Shown: piece by piece, positions 20,352 through 30,882 of the stretch
Numbering within the stretch: position 1 is the first letter of the stretch
Layout of the letters: each line of letters begins with the position of its first letter
Source: an uncultured Actinomycetes bacterium
GTDB taxonomy: Bacteria; Actinomycetota; Thermoleophilia; UBA2241
Reading direction: 5' to 3'
Assembly (NCBI GenBank): GCA_963709345.1
Contig: CAVPVX010000002.1
Span: 160,001-224,000, forward strand
Length of the DNA: 64,000 nucleotides
Made by a program: the position numbers and the translations under genes
The notes under the pieces: model-generated
The model's input: the letters and a program-made list of their open reading frames with translations, nothing else
What the model was told of the DNA's origin: nothing
Database searches by the model: none

Positions 20352-21413
20352 TCACGCGAATACCTTCTCGATGAAGCTCGATGTGCACAGCTGCAATACC
20401 CCGACGTAGTCGGGGCGAAAGCGGATGACATCACCCGGAAGAGGCGCCGGCATCATTCTGTCGACATCGATCAGAAGGTGGTCGCTTGAGGCGCCGAGCA
20501 CGAAGACTCTGGGGTCGAGCGGGGTGAGTCCCTCCACCCGACAGTCCTGGCGACCCACAGCACAGATCGCCCTTCTCCTCACTCCCTGATCCTCGAACAC
20601 GGGGGTGTCGCCCCAGGCGTTCTGCGCCTTGTGGCCGCGAGGGGCACTGGGCTTCAGCTTGGATTCCACCACCGGGGCCTCCAGTATGAAGGCGTCGTTG
20701 TGAAGACCGGCGATGGGCCACCGCGTCAGTGCGTCCACGCCTTGGAGGATGCTCTCTCCGATGCGCAGCGAGCTGACGCCTTGGGGCATGCGTCCGGAGA
20801 CGACCATCGAGATGCTCCCGGAGCTCCCGGCGCTGACACGGAGTCGGTGCCCCACTTGTCTCTGCGCAGCCTCCGCCAACTCGATGAGATGCGTCATGTT
20901 GCTCTCGTCGGGGACCACTGCGCCATAGCACGTCAGGTTCGTGCCGATGCCCATGAGCTTCACGTGCGAAAGCTGATCGACCGCGCTCACGAACGCGGGC
21001 AATTCGCTCGGCATCATGCCTTCTCGCAAGTCGCCGAGCTCAATCATCGCCAAGACCTGGTGCACCCTTCCCTGCTCGGATGCGGCTCTGTCGAGAGATC
21101 GACACGTTGCCACTTCGCTGGCCAGGGAGACATCAAAGAGCCGGACGGTCTCGTCGGCTCTCGAGGGGGGAGGCGCACGAAGCAGCCACAGTGGCGTCAT
21201 GATCCCGGCGTCGCGCAGCCGCTGAGCGCTCTCATGTCGAGACTCACCCAAGGCGGTCGCCCCGCCGGCCAGCATCGATCTCGCGACCTCAGGCGCGCCG
21301 CACACGCACTTGGTGACGCCCACGACGTCGATGCCCCCGACCATGCCCACGATAGAGCGGGTGTTGTCGGCGATCTTGCCAAGGTCGACGAGCAGTCTTG
21401 CCTTCTCGAGCAC
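20352..21413 (-). CDS. orr: PLP-dependent ornithine racemase (alanine/ornithine racemase family)
   Basis: GVTK PLP lysine, ESR, MIELGDLREG, GTNLTCYG, LRIGESI, GASSDH; ornithine pathway nearby; GGAGG RBS before GTG 21413. Confidence 0.8.
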   Translation of the reverse strand: MLEKARLLVDLGKIADNTRSIVGMVGGIDVVGVTKCVCGAPEVARSMLAGGATALGESRHESAQRLRDAGIMTPLWLLRAPPPSRADETVRLFDVSLASEVATCRSLDRAASEQGRVHQVLAMIELGDLREGMMPSELPAFVSAVDQLSHVKLMGIGTNLTCYGAVVPDESNMTHLIELAEAAQRQVGHRLRVSAGSSGSISMVVSGRMPQGVSSLRIGESILQGVDALTRWPIAGLHNDAFILEAPVVESKLKPSAPRGHKAQNAWGDTPVFEDQGVRRRAICAVGRQDCRVEGLTPLDPRVFVLGASSDHLLIDVDRMMPAPLPGDVIRFRPDYVGVLQLCTSSFIEKVFA

Positions 21414-21730
21414 GAGCCGACCTCCCTTGGGCGCCGTCGGCATCCGAGGATATCAGGTCATCGGCTCGCTGGCAGAGGCACGCGCCCGGGCCGAGCCAAG
21501 CGTAGAGATCCGCCATGCCGCGGACCACGAGGTCGACGGTGCGATCATGGAGCGGCCATCCTGCTCCCCCGCTAGATGCCACCCCTCCTGCGTGTCCATA
21601 CTGGGTGCAGAGGAGGTGGTGTGCATGACCAGAGTCCCCGATGAGGTGCAGCGCTCAGGCGGCGGTCGGGGTAAGCGTCGGGGGTTGGCGTTGCCGCAGG
21701 TACGCGACCCACTCGGGAGCTCCGGTGCTG

Positions 21731-22909
21731 TCAGCCCCCCGGCCGCATCCGCAGATATTCGCGCAGGTCGGCGCCCAAGACCGCGTGTAGCTCAGACAGA
21801 TCGCTGGACGGCACGTCGACGAACGTGAACGCGAACACCGGGTAACGGTTGAAATCGGTCGGGCGGAGCTCCAAGACGGCGCTGAAGCGCGCGGCGAAGC
21901 GCTCGTAGTCGACCGAATCGATCGCAGCGAGGTCCACGGAGCTCGGCAGATCGGATACGACCATGGCGGTACTGCGCCCGGCAGTCTCGACCGCGATGCG
22001 AGCCCAGTCCGGGCGCTCGCCGAGAAGATAGCATCGGTACGGGTTAACGCCGAACGCGAAGTACGCGATATCTGTCGCGCACCATCCGCCGAAGCGCATC
22101 GGGTTGACCTCGATCGGCGCAACGCGGCCGGCTGCGTCGATGCGAAGCTCAGCGTGGACGGGGAAATCGGCCAGGCCGGCGCGGCGACCGACTTCAGCGA
22201 GGAACGCCGTCGCGGGCGGACTCAGGCGCTCGACCGTCTGGGCGCTCGTGAGGTAGACACGGTCGCTCACGTCATCAGTCGAGACGAACAGGTGCGCGTA
22301 GATGTCGACCACGACTGGAGTCCCATCCGCATCGAAGTAGGCGTCGACCGCGAACTCCTCGCCTTCGACGACCTCCTCGACCACGAACCGATCGAGTCCC
22401 AGCACCTCATCGGGATAGATGGAGCCGAATGCTTGTACCTCGCGCTCGACGTCAGCCACCGCCGCCGGCCAGGCTTCAGCAGACGCGACAACGTGGACTC
22501 CCATGCTGAAGAACCCGACGGCCGGCTTGAGGATGAAGGGTGCACGAAGGCTCGTCGGGTCGAACGCGCGCAGTCCGGACAGTGACAGCTCAAAGTAGCG
22601 GTAGTCCGGATACAGATCAGCCACAAGATCGCGGAACGCGAGCTTGTCTTTGAACAGTCTGACCATCCCCGGCACGTCCGACTCCACGAGATGCTCGGAG
22701 ATCCAACCGATCGCGTTCTCGGAGTTCGAGTACAGCCTGGCGCCCGGTCGGGCGGCCGCAGCGGCGAACGTATCGTCGGCGAGCAGCAGAGCGGCGTAGT
22801 CCCCTGGCAGTCGACGCCTGGCCATCGTCGTGTCAAGGACGGGAAGCCCCAGATCCACGACAGTGGCAGCAAGAAGGTCGGAGACGTAGGGCTCCTCGAG
22901 TATGAACAC
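21731..22909 (-). CDS. ATP-grasp domain protein
   Basis: FKDKLAFR, ILKPAVGFFSMGV, VEEVVEGEEFAVD, HAELR, IEVNPMRFGG. Confidence 0.85.
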   Translation of the reverse strand: MFILEEPYVSDLLAATVVDLGLPVLDTTMARRRLPGDYAALLLADDTFAAAAARPGARLYSNSENAIGWISEHLVESDVPGMVRLFKDKLAFRDLVADLYPDYRYFELSLSGLRAFDPTSLRAPFILKPAVGFFSMGVHVVASAEAWPAAVADVEREVQAFGSIYPDEVLGLDRFVVEEVVEGEEFAVDAYFDADGTPVVVDIYAHLFVSTDDVSDRVYLTSAQTVERLSPPATAFLAEVGRRAGLADFPVHAELRIDAAGRVAPIEVNPMRFGGWCATDIAYFAFGVNPYRCYLLGERPDWARIAVETAGRSTAMVVSDLPSSVDLAAIDSVDYERFAARFSAVLELRPTDFNRYPVFAFTFVDVPSSDLSELHAVLGADLREYLRMRPGG

Positions 22910-23530
22910 AGCAGACTCCGCGATCGACTAGGGGCGAGTGGCTCCGAACAGGATAGCGGCAGCCTCAGGCATTAGCCATCGCATCGGCTCGCTCGACTCA
23001 CGCGTGGCGGGCCACCTCGTGCTTCGCTCAGACTTCGTGAACGGCGACCTGCCGCCCCAGACGATCCCGTGTTCTCAGTCGCTCGTTCGCTTGGATTGAA
23101 GGTCACCGCCTGTGCGCTCAACGGCGCGCCCGCGATGATGGCCAAGGACAGCGCCCGAGCCACCTCTCGGCGGAACCGCCTGAAGCCGCACCGGCCCGAC
23201 TGGCCGAGTGTCGAGAAATGGGTGTGCGGGCTTGAGCCGACCGAGGGCCTACCGGGAAACCGGGGCGCATGGACGACGCTCGAGGCCCCAGGGGACACCG
23301 TGACGCCCCATGAGCGACGGCAGGCGGACGCCGCAAGCCCGACGGCTCGCCGACGCCCTGACGCGGACGCCAGGAGGATGTGGTCCTTCGGGCAGAGGAT
23401 CCCGCGTGATCACCCCGACTGCGCAGCGGGCGCCTGACCAAGAAGAGCCAGACGCCCGCTGGACTGCTCACGCGCTCGCCATGCCTTCGGCAAGAGCGAG
23501 TGCGCCGCAACGCCTCAAGAGAGGAACGCC

Positions 23531-24532
23531 TCAGGCTCCGAGCGTCGCCACCATGACGGCTTTGATCGTATGCATGCGGTTCTCGGCCTGATCGAAGACG
23601 ACGGAGGCGGGCGACTCGAACACGTCTTCGCTGACTTCCATGCAGTCGACGCCGAACTCCTGGTAGATCTGCTCGCCGACGGTCGTGTCGCGATTATGGA
23701 ACGCCGGGAGACAGTGCATGAACTTGACGCCCGGATTGCCGGTCTTCTTCATGGCATCCGCGGTGACCCGGTAGGGCGTGAGAAGCTCGATACGGTCCTT
23801 CCAGACCTCGGTGGCCTCGCCCATCGACACCCAGACGTCGGTGTGCAGGAAGTCCGCGCCGGCCACGCCCTCATCGATGTCCTCGGTCAGCGTCAAACGT
23901 GCACCGGTCTCCTCGGCGACCGCGCGGCACTGAGCTACCAGGTCCGGGTTCGGCCAGAGCGACTTGGGGGTGCAGAGCCGCACGTCCATCCCCATCTTGC
24001 TCCCGGCGACCATGAGCGAGTTGCCCATGTTGTTGCGTGCGTCTCCGAGGAAGCAGAAGGTCATCTCGCTCAGCGGCTTGTCGCTGTGCTCGGACATGGT
24101 GAGCAGGTCGCACAGCACCTGCGTCGGGTGGAACTCATTGGTGAGACCGTTCCACACGGGCACTCCGGCGTGCGCGGCGAGATCCTCCACGACCGCCTGG
24201 CCGAACCCGCGGTATTCGATGGCATCGTACATGCGCCCCAGCACGCGCGCCGTGTCTTTCATCGTCTCCTTGTTGCCGATCTGCGACCCGGACGGACCGA
24301 GATAGGTGACGTGCGCACCCTGGTCGAACGCTGCCACCTCGAAGGCACAGCGCGTCCGCGTGGACGCCTTCTCGAAGATGAGGGCGATGTTCTTCCCGGA
24401 GAGACGCGGGACCTCGTAGCCTCCGTACTTCGCCGCCTTCAGGTCCGCAGACAGCTTCAGAAGGAAACGGATCTCAGTTGGAGTGAAGTCGAGCAGCTTG
24501 ACGAAACTCCTGTTACGCAGATTGAAGGCCAT
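23531..24532 (-). CDS. argF: Ornithine carbamoyltransferase (catabolic ArcB-like)
   Basis: [28 protein letters not shown] motifs. Confidence 0.95.
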   Translation of the reverse strand: MAFNLRNRSFVKLLDFTPTEIRFLLKLSADLKAAKYGGYEVPRLSGKNIALIFEKASTRTRCAFEVAAFDQGAHVTYLGPSGSQIGNKETMKDTARVLGRMYDAIEYRGFGQAVVEDLAAHAGVPVWNGLTNEFHPTQVLCDLLTMSEHSDKPLSEMTFCFLGDARNNMGNSLMVAGSKMGMDVRLCTPKSLWPNPDLVAQCRAVAEETGARLTLTEDIDEGVAGADFLHTDVWVSMGEATEVWKDRIELLTPYRVTADAMKKTGNPGVKFMHCLPAFHNRDTTVGEQIYQEFGVDCMEVSEDVFESPASVVFDQAENRMHTIKAVMVATLGA

Positions 24533-24629
24533 CTATGCATCCTCCTCGGTTGATTCCGGCCAGAGCCATTCGCTCATGGCTGGCCATTATCCGACACCAA
24601 CCCTGCAACGCAAACCCAAGCCGTGGAGG

Positions 24630-25022
24630 ATGCGGAGCGACGACGCATCGGTGGACCATCTGACGCGCCACAAAGAGAGTTGGACGGCTGACCTCGCAGA
24701 CAGTCACGGCGAAGGCGCCGGTGTCGGGCACCAGCCCAACGGTGCCACGCCGCCGACGCAAGACAACACCGTACTGGCCGGGCATCTACTCAAGGGCGCC
24801 TTTCTTCTGCTCGACCGTCTCGCGCCAGGCGATCTCATCGTCATCTTCCGGCATCGGGCTCTCCACCAGTACCGAGTCATGAAGGTCTTCACCAGAGATC
24901 CGGAAGACGAGAGCATCCTCAGATGCGGCTCCCGTGCGATGCTCACGCTCTACACCTGCGCGCCTCGCCACCAGGGCAACAGCCGGACCGTGGTGGTGGC
25001 TGAGACTGTTCCGGCGTTATGA
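24630..25022 (+). pseudogene. Sortase C-terminal fragment
   Basis: GVGH, NTVLAGH, F..LDRL.PGD, LTLYTC, R.VVVAE; N-terminal anchor missing. Confidence 0.7.
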
Positions 25023-25166
25023 TTGCCGCTACACTCGTAACCCACAGACCGCACTCAGGCCGCCCTCAGCGTATCCTCAGAGTCGCTCGCTAGCCTCTCT
25101 CTCAAGCGGCAGGCCGGTCTGGGACACAAAGAAACCGGTAGCCATGCACCACGTCGATGGAGCGGC

Positions 25167-26063
25167 ATGAAGAGAGCAGTACTCAACTACTGGGTCGACA
25201 TGATCACCGGCGTGGCATTTCTCTTCTGCGCCGCTACCGGTATCGTGCGCCTCTTTCCCGAAGCCACCACGCTGACGGCCTCCGGTAGCCCCGTGATCTT
25301 CGGCATCAGCACGGCGCTGTGGGCGACGATCCACGATTGGAGCGGCGCGATCATGGCCGCCGGCGTCGGCGTCCACACAGCTCTCCACCTGCGCTGGCTG
25401 GCACACATGACGCGCAAGATGGCCGGCGGGAGCCGGCGGGAGCGCGTCACGCCGAAGCGGCCGGCGCCTGCGAGAGTCGTCGCGGCCGAGGCGCAGCGGC
25501 CGGCCCCTGCGGCCGGCGTCGCGCCCGCCGTGGGCGCAGCCGCGCCGCCGCAGGTGGTCGCGGCCACCTCTCTCGAGCGGCTTGAGCACATGGGTGAGGA
25601 CAGGCTTCCAAGCCAGCCCTCCCGCATGAGCCGCAAGGCGTTTCTTGCCGGTACCGCCGTCCTCGGCGGAGTGGCGCTGCTGGGCGGCCTCAGCATCGCC
25701 GGCCGCACGTCGGGCACTGCGGCGGCCGGAGACTCCACCGGCTCCTCGTCCGGGACCGGCAACGGCTACGGCCACGGGACTCAGAGCGACTCCTCAGCCT
25801 CCGCCTCCGGATCCACTGCAGAATCCGGATCGTCCACCGGCAGTACTGCGGACACCGGGTCTTCCCCCGCGACGACACCGTCTGCTCGCGTCGTCGTCGA
25901 CTCAGGCAGTTGCACCGGTTGCGGCGCCTGCCCGCAGGTGTGCCCTCACGGCGTGTTCTCGTTCGACGGCTCGAAGGCGGTGGCCCACGACCCCGACGCC
26001 TGCACGCTCTGCGGCAGATGCGTCCAGGTGTGCCAGACCTCCGCGATCAAGCTGAACGGCTGA
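25167..26063 (+). CDS. DUF4405 membrane domain plus 2x[4Fe-4S] ferredoxin fusion
   Basis: W..IHDWSG...VH..LH.W; internal SRKAFL plus hydrophobic helix; Ser/Gly linker; CTGCGACPQVCP and CTLCGRCVQVC. Confidence 0.82.
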   Translation: MKRAVLNYWVDMITGVAFLFCAATGIVRLFPEATTLTASGSPVIFGISTALWATIHDWSGAIMAAGVGVHTALHLRWLAHMTRKMAGGSRRERVTPKRPAPARVVAAEAQRPAPAAGVAPAVGAAAPPQVVAATSLERLEHMGEDRLPSQPSRMSRKAFLAGTAVLGGVALLGGLSIAGRTSGTAAAGDSTGSSSGTGNGYGHGTQSDSSASASGSTAESGSSTGSTADTGSSPATTPSARVVVDSGSCTGCGACPQVCPHGVFSFDGSKAVAHDPDACTLCGRCVQVCQTSAIKLNG

Positions 26064-26889
26064 CCCTCTACTCGGCTCCCGTCATCAACGCTGCGCCCGT
26101 GTCGACCGGCGCGGTACTCTGCTGTGCCCAGCGGACGACCAGGTAGCGCCCCACGAAGAGGGCGAGCAGCAGCACCGGCACGGATTCGTAGTGAGATCGA
26201 CGTGCCGTGTCACTGCATACTCCCGCGGCACTCAAGAGCCCCGTATGCAGCGACGGCACCACACCTCAGCGGGAAGACGCACTGATGAACGCCGCCTTGG
26301 AGACCGAACCTGGTAGCGCACTCCGGCGCTGCGACACCGGAGGCGGTCAAGCCCGGCAAGATGGAGTGGCACCCCGCCGACACACGCGTCGCCGAGTGTC
26401 TCGTGATTTCGCGCCACGTCCTTGCGAGTGTCGACACCCTTCTCGGCTTCCGGTTCCTGTTCGCCGGCGGAGCGACCGATGCGGTCAACCGGGCTCACCT
26501 CCTTTCCCTGGGTGGGGTCGGTGTGGCCGCTTTCATCAGTCACGCCGCGTTCACGCTCGCCGACGCCCAGCATCTCGGCCTCGGCGACAAGCCGAGCGAC
26601 TATCGGCGCGCGGTGGGATTCCTCGATCCGGGGGTGGCTGTGACCGCGATCCTCGCCCATGTTCTCAGTTGAGGCGCCGCGCGAAGGCGTCACCTGCAGC
26701 GTGTGCTCCGCCTGCTTCATGCGATGCATGGGGCTCTTCGTGCATCGCGAGCCTACTGATGAGAGCGGCGCGCACTTCATCAAGAACGTCGTCATCTGCC
26801 TGATCCTTGGCGGCCTGCTGATGTTCTTCGGTGTCGCCGCCCCCGTCTGAGACCGCCCTCGCCGGCCGAGACAGCGCGACGCCAGCGCC

Positions 26890-28239
26890 CTAGAGACCGG
26901 CGCTGCTCCGCATGAGCGCGGTCACGATCTCCGGCGCGAAGTGCGCCAGCAGGGCGCCGCAGCAGGCGAAGACGTAGTCGCGATCGAGTGCGACGCGCGC
27001 GTCCGGCGGCGGCAGCAGGCGCTCCCCGCCGCCGCTCTTCGCGCGCACGTCAGACAGGACGGCCGCGCCGCCGGACAGACGCGTGAGCGCCCCGCCCGTA
27101 CCGATCACCAGCCGGCAGGCGGTGAGGTCGCGCCCGCGTGCGACCGTCTGACGGCCGGTCGGCGTGTACAGGTGAGCGAGTTGACCGGCGTGCCGCTGCA
27201 CGCCGGTCACGGCGGCGAAGTGCGTGAGCGTGAGTGCCGCCGCGATCTCCTCCTGCGTCGTCGGTAGCGGCGGCGGCAGCTGCACCGGCCGCTCCTGCTC
27301 GGCCAGCATCTCGACCACGTGCGCCGCACTGACATAGGTGCCGAGGTCGCCCTCGACGGTGCGCTTGCTGTGCGGCTGTGGCTCGATCATGAGCGCCGCG
27401 ACCTCGGGACTGCCGTCGGTGATCGAGTGCACGTCGGTCGTGGCGCCGCCGACGTCGACGACGACGAGATCGCCGATGTCCTCTGCGAGGCGTTCCGCCG
27501 CGATCAGAACCGCCCCCGGCGTCGGCAGGATGCGCCCGTTCACGACCTCGCCGATGCGCTCCATGCCGGGCGCATGAGTGATGTGTTCCTCGAAGGCATC
27601 GTGGATGACCGCCCGAGCCGGCACGATGTCGAGCTCGTCGATACCCGGGTAGACGTTGTTTGTGACCTTGACCTTGAAGCCGGCGCCTTCCAGCACTTCC
27701 TGCGCGTCGCTGCAGACGACGGAGTTGCCGGCGTACACCACTATCGGTCGCGCCTCCAACTCGGCCAGCCGACCGGCGTTGAAAAGCACCGTATCGAAGT
27801 CGCCACCCTCCACCCCGCCGGCCAGCAGGATCAGATTGGGCTTGACCGCGTCTATCTCGCGCAGATCGTGGTCGCGCAGACGGCCGGCGGTCTGGAACTT
27901 GACGACCGCGCCGGCCCCGAGCGCGGCCTCCCGCGCCGCCATGGCCGTCATGCGCTGCGTGAGACCGTGGACGGTCATGCGGAGGCCCCCGGCGGCCGAG
28001 CTGGTCGCCAGTGTCAGGCTCGGCTCGAGCGGCCCGGAAGCCGCCTCCAGCCGCGCCCGGGCGGCGTTCACGCCGATGGTGACGTCGCCGTCGGCGACAC
28101 TCGTCGCGGCGACGCCCTGCCCGACGAGGTGGGGCGTCGTCGCCGGGTACTCGCGCAGGCCCGCGAACGCCGAGACGACGGTGGTCGTAGAACCGATCTC
28201 GGCGACGAGGACGTCCACGGGGCGGGGGCCGGCCGTCAC
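26890..28239 (-). CDS. GlmL/MutL-like reactivating factor of ornithine aminomutase
   Basis: AEIGSTTT, SSAAGGLRM, VDVGGATTDVHS, KRTVEGDLG; follows oraE. Confidence 0.9.
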   Translation of the reverse strand: MTAGPRPVDVLVAEIGSTTTVVSAFAGLREYPATTPHLVGQGVAATSVADGDVTIGVNAARARLEAASGPLEPSLTLATSSAAGGLRMTVHGLTQRMTAMAAREAALGAGAVVKFQTAGRLRDHDLREIDAVKPNLILLAGGVEGGDFDTVLFNAGRLAELEARPIVVYAGNSVVCSDAQEVLEGAGFKVKVTNNVYPGIDELDIVPARAVIHDAFEEHITHAPGMERIGEVVNGRILPTPGAVLIAAERLAEDIGDLVVVDVGGATTDVHSITDGSPEVAALMIEPQPHSKRTVEGDLGTYVSAAHVVEMLAEQERPVQLPPPLPTTQEEIAAALTLTHFAAVTGVQRHAGQLAHLYTPTGRQTVARGRDLTACRLVIGTGGALTRLSGGAAVLSDVRAKSGGGERLLPPPDARVALDRDYVFACCGALLAHFAPEIVTALMRSSAGL

Positions 28240-28299
28240 CGACTCTCCCCCGCCCCGCCGCGCGCGGGCCTCGTGCGCAGGTGGCGCGAGCGTGTCACG

Positions 28300-30522
28300 T
28301 CACATCCCGCGCTCGCGCATCGTCTTGACGACGAACGAGGCGACGCCGATGCCCTTGGCGCCGCGCCCGAAGCCGGCGTCCATGCCCCAACTGCGGGCCA
28401 GCTCGTCCGTGACCTGGGTGCCGCCGCTGATGAGGATCAGCTTGTCGCGCACGCCCTTCTCGACGGCCAGGTCGGCGAGCTTCTCCATGTTGTTCCGGTG
28501 CATGTCGCCGTGCGTGATGATCGTGCTGATGAGAACGATCTGCGCGGCGTGCTCGATCGCCGCGTCCAGTACCTTCTCGACCGGCACCGAGGTGCCCAGG
28601 TACTCGCACCCGAAGCCCCACTTCTCGAGGCCGCCGTGCTTGATGTCGATGATCTCGCGCATGCCCACCGAGTGCTCGTCCTGCCCCACCGTGGCGGCCA
28701 CGCACTTGATGTCCTTCTCCGTGACGAAGGCCTTGATCTCCTCGTCGCTCATCACCTCGGGCTCGGGCGGAATCACGAGCCGGGCAGGGTCGACGACCGC
28801 GTCCAGCCGGCCCTTGAGCTCGATCAGCGTGCCCTCCGCCGGGTGCATGACCTGCTTGTTGATGACCTCGCACTCCTGCAGGTTCATGGCCTTGCCGAAC
28901 TCGAGTGCCGCAAACTCCGCGACGCGCGGCGCCGCGGGAAGGAACAGGGTCACGACCACCCAGCCGTCCGCGGCCCACTGAACCTCCGGCTTGAGTAGAC
29001 CTCTGTCGCGCAACTCCGCCGTCTGCGCGAGCCGCGCGTTGACGTTGTCCTCCGGGTCGAGCTCGTCGATGAACGGCACCTTCTCGGCGTCGCACAGGGT
29101 GCAGCCATCGATGAGGTCGCAGGGCCTGTGGACGACGCCCGCGCCGCCCGCTTCACCATACCCTTCGGGCAGGTGGTTCTCGCCGAAGTGGTGGCACACC
29201 GGCGCAAGGTAGTCCTCGGCGCGCGGCACGATCGTCCCCGCCGCCACGCCGCCGTCGCTCTTGCGGGCGATGCCGTCGTCGTGCGTCTCGGGGTAGATGC
29301 CGGAGTCGACGAAGTAGGCCTCCTCGACGGCACCGAAGTACCCGCCGTCCTTGAGCATCCCTTCGAGAAAGAGGATGGCGCGCTCCTTGATCTCGCGCAC
29401 CTTGGCCTTGAGCTCCGGCGCCTCGCGGTCGAGTTTGACCATCTCGCGCAGGCCGTCCATGCCCACGAGGCTCTGCTTGGCCGTGTTCACGGCGGCGACG
29501 TTGTTGTAGTGCCAGGGCACGTTGCGGCCCTCGTCGGGCGTGATCGTGCTCTGGATGTCGGCGCTCGTGAGCCGGCTGATCACGAGGTTCATCACGTGGC
29601 TGACGGTGGCGTCGCGGCCGTCGGCCTCCATGTAGCGCGTGTTCTCCTGGGCGCGCATCTTGTAGTCGCCGAAGAAGTCGCGCAGCGCCACCGCGTACGG
29701 CAGGTCCATGCGCATGCACGGCGCCGGCGCCGCGTCGGGCGGCACGGTGCTCAGGCAGATGTCTTCCTTGGGCATCCCGACCGCGACCGAGTACGCCGAG
29801 TTGATGGCGTGCTGCACCAGCAGCTCGGGCATCACGTTCCAGGCCTCCACCGCCGTGGCGTTGGCGTTGTGGGCACCGTCGATCTGCGCCATGCTCACGC
29901 TGGCCATGACGTGCTTGGCCACCGCCGCGTCCACGAAGCTGCGGTACATGTTGATGTTGCGGTAGAGCACGTTGTACTGCGGGTCCTGGTGGGCGCCGTT
30001 GACGCCCTCTTCGGCGAACATGACGGCCATCTCGGGGCCGGCAACGCCACTCACGTAGGAGTGGAAGTTGATGGGCCGGCCCACCTCGTCTTCGATGAAG
30101 TCCAGCGCCTTGCGGGTGGCGCGCACCTGCTTACGCGTGACGGCGATGCCGCCCACGCCCTCCGGCGTACCCTCGAGGAGGCCGTCCATGTGGCTCTGCC
30201 CGGCGGTGCGGATGACCATCATGTGGTCGGCGCCGTGCCAGGCCGCCATGCGCATGCGGCGGATATCGTCCTCGAAGCGTCCGGAGGCGATCTCGGTGGT
30301 CACGACGCAGTCGGGCTGCGGGTCGATATCGCCGAAGTAGTGCGCGGCCGGCAGTGGGATGCTCCGCACAAGACCCTTCGAAGTCTCCTTGTAGACGAAC
30401 TTGTGCAGCGTCTGGTCGGACACCAGTTCGCGCCAGTGCCAGCCCTTGCGCCGCGGGCGGTAGTGCTCGAGGTCGTCGAGCAGGGCGGCGACATCGAGCT
30501 TCTCGTTGGGGTCGAGCTTCAT
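28300..30522 (-). CDS. oraE: D-ornithine 4,5-aminomutase E (beta) subunit, AdoCbl/PLP
   Basis: TEIASGRFEDDIRRMRMAAWHGADH, RTAGQSH, C-terminal DEHSVG..IDIKHGG B12/PLP domain. Confidence 0.96.
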   Translation of the reverse strand: MKLDPNEKLDVAALLDDLEHYRPRRKGWHWRELVSDQTLHKFVYKETSKGLVRSIPLPAAHYFGDIDPQPDCVVTTEIASGRFEDDIRRMRMAAWHGADHMMVIRTAGQSHMDGLLEGTPEGVGGIAVTRKQVRATRKALDFIEDEVGRPINFHSYVSGVAGPEMAVMFAEEGVNGAHQDPQYNVLYRNINMYRSFVDAAVAKHVMASVSMAQIDGAHNANATAVEAWNVMPELLVQHAINSAYSVAVGMPKEDICLSTVPPDAAPAPCMRMDLPYAVALRDFFGDYKMRAQENTRYMEADGRDATVSHVMNLVISRLTSADIQSTITPDEGRNVPWHYNNVAAVNTAKQSLVGMDGLREMVKLDREAPELKAKVREIKERAILFLEGMLKDGGYFGAVEEAYFVDSGIYPETHDDGIARKSDGGVAAGTIVPRAEDYLAPVCHHFGENHLPEGYGEAGGAGVVHRPCDLIDGCTLCDAEKVPFIDELDPEDNVNARLAQTAELRDRGLLKPEVQWAADGWVVVTLFLPAAPRVAEFAALEFGKAMNLQECEVINKQVMHPAEGTLIELKGRLDAVVDPARLVIPPEPEVMSDEEIKAFVTEKDIKCVAATVGQDEHSVGMREIIDIKHGGLEKWGFGCEYLGTSVPVEKVLDAAIEHAAQIVLISTIITHGDMHRNNMEKLADLAVEKGVRDKLILISGGTQVTDELARSWGMDAGFGRGAKGIGVASFVVKTMRERGM

Positions 30523-30881
30523 CGCCCTCCTCCCCACTTCTGCTCCACTGCGTCCCAACCCTCACCGGCGGCAAGGCGCCGCGCGGCTTCGGGCGCGGTG
30601 CAGCCCCAGGCGGTGCTGCAGTGCAGCACCACGTGACCTGCGCCGTGCCCCAGCAAGCCGCGCTTCTCGCACTCGCCGACCACGGCCATGCAGGTCGGCG
30701 AGTCGGCGCCCATGCGCATCAGCACCGAGCGCTCGATACTCGGCGAGGTGTGCACGCGGGCGAGCTCGACCAGCGGATCGACCACCTGCTGGGCGAGCTC
30801 CCAGAAGCGCGCCTCGAGCTCCTCGTCGGCCAGGCCGGCGAGATGCCCGCGGATCTGCAGATACGTGTCTTCGCGGGCCAT
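30519..30881 (-). CDS. oraS: D-ornithine 4,5-aminomutase S (alpha) subunit
   Basis: EL..RFW.L...VV.PL...A..HTSPSIERSVL.RMG, GLLG.GAG. Confidence 0.93.
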   Translation of the reverse strand: MAREDTYLQIRGHLAGLADEELEARFWELAQQVVDPLVELARVHTSPSIERSVLMRMGADSPTCMAVVGECEKRGLLGHGAGHVVLHCSTAWGCTAPEAARRLAAGEGWDAVEQKWGGGR

Positions 30882-30882
30882 C

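Noticed and set aside
22943-23091. attC-like element (CCGAAC...GTTCGC) upstream of the ATP-grasp gene
   Set aside because: No L-box pairing or attC-like arms; too long and isolated.
26060-26850. Membrane-protein-like fragments on both strands
   Set aside because: Interrupted, no recognisable family or start; probably decayed DNA.
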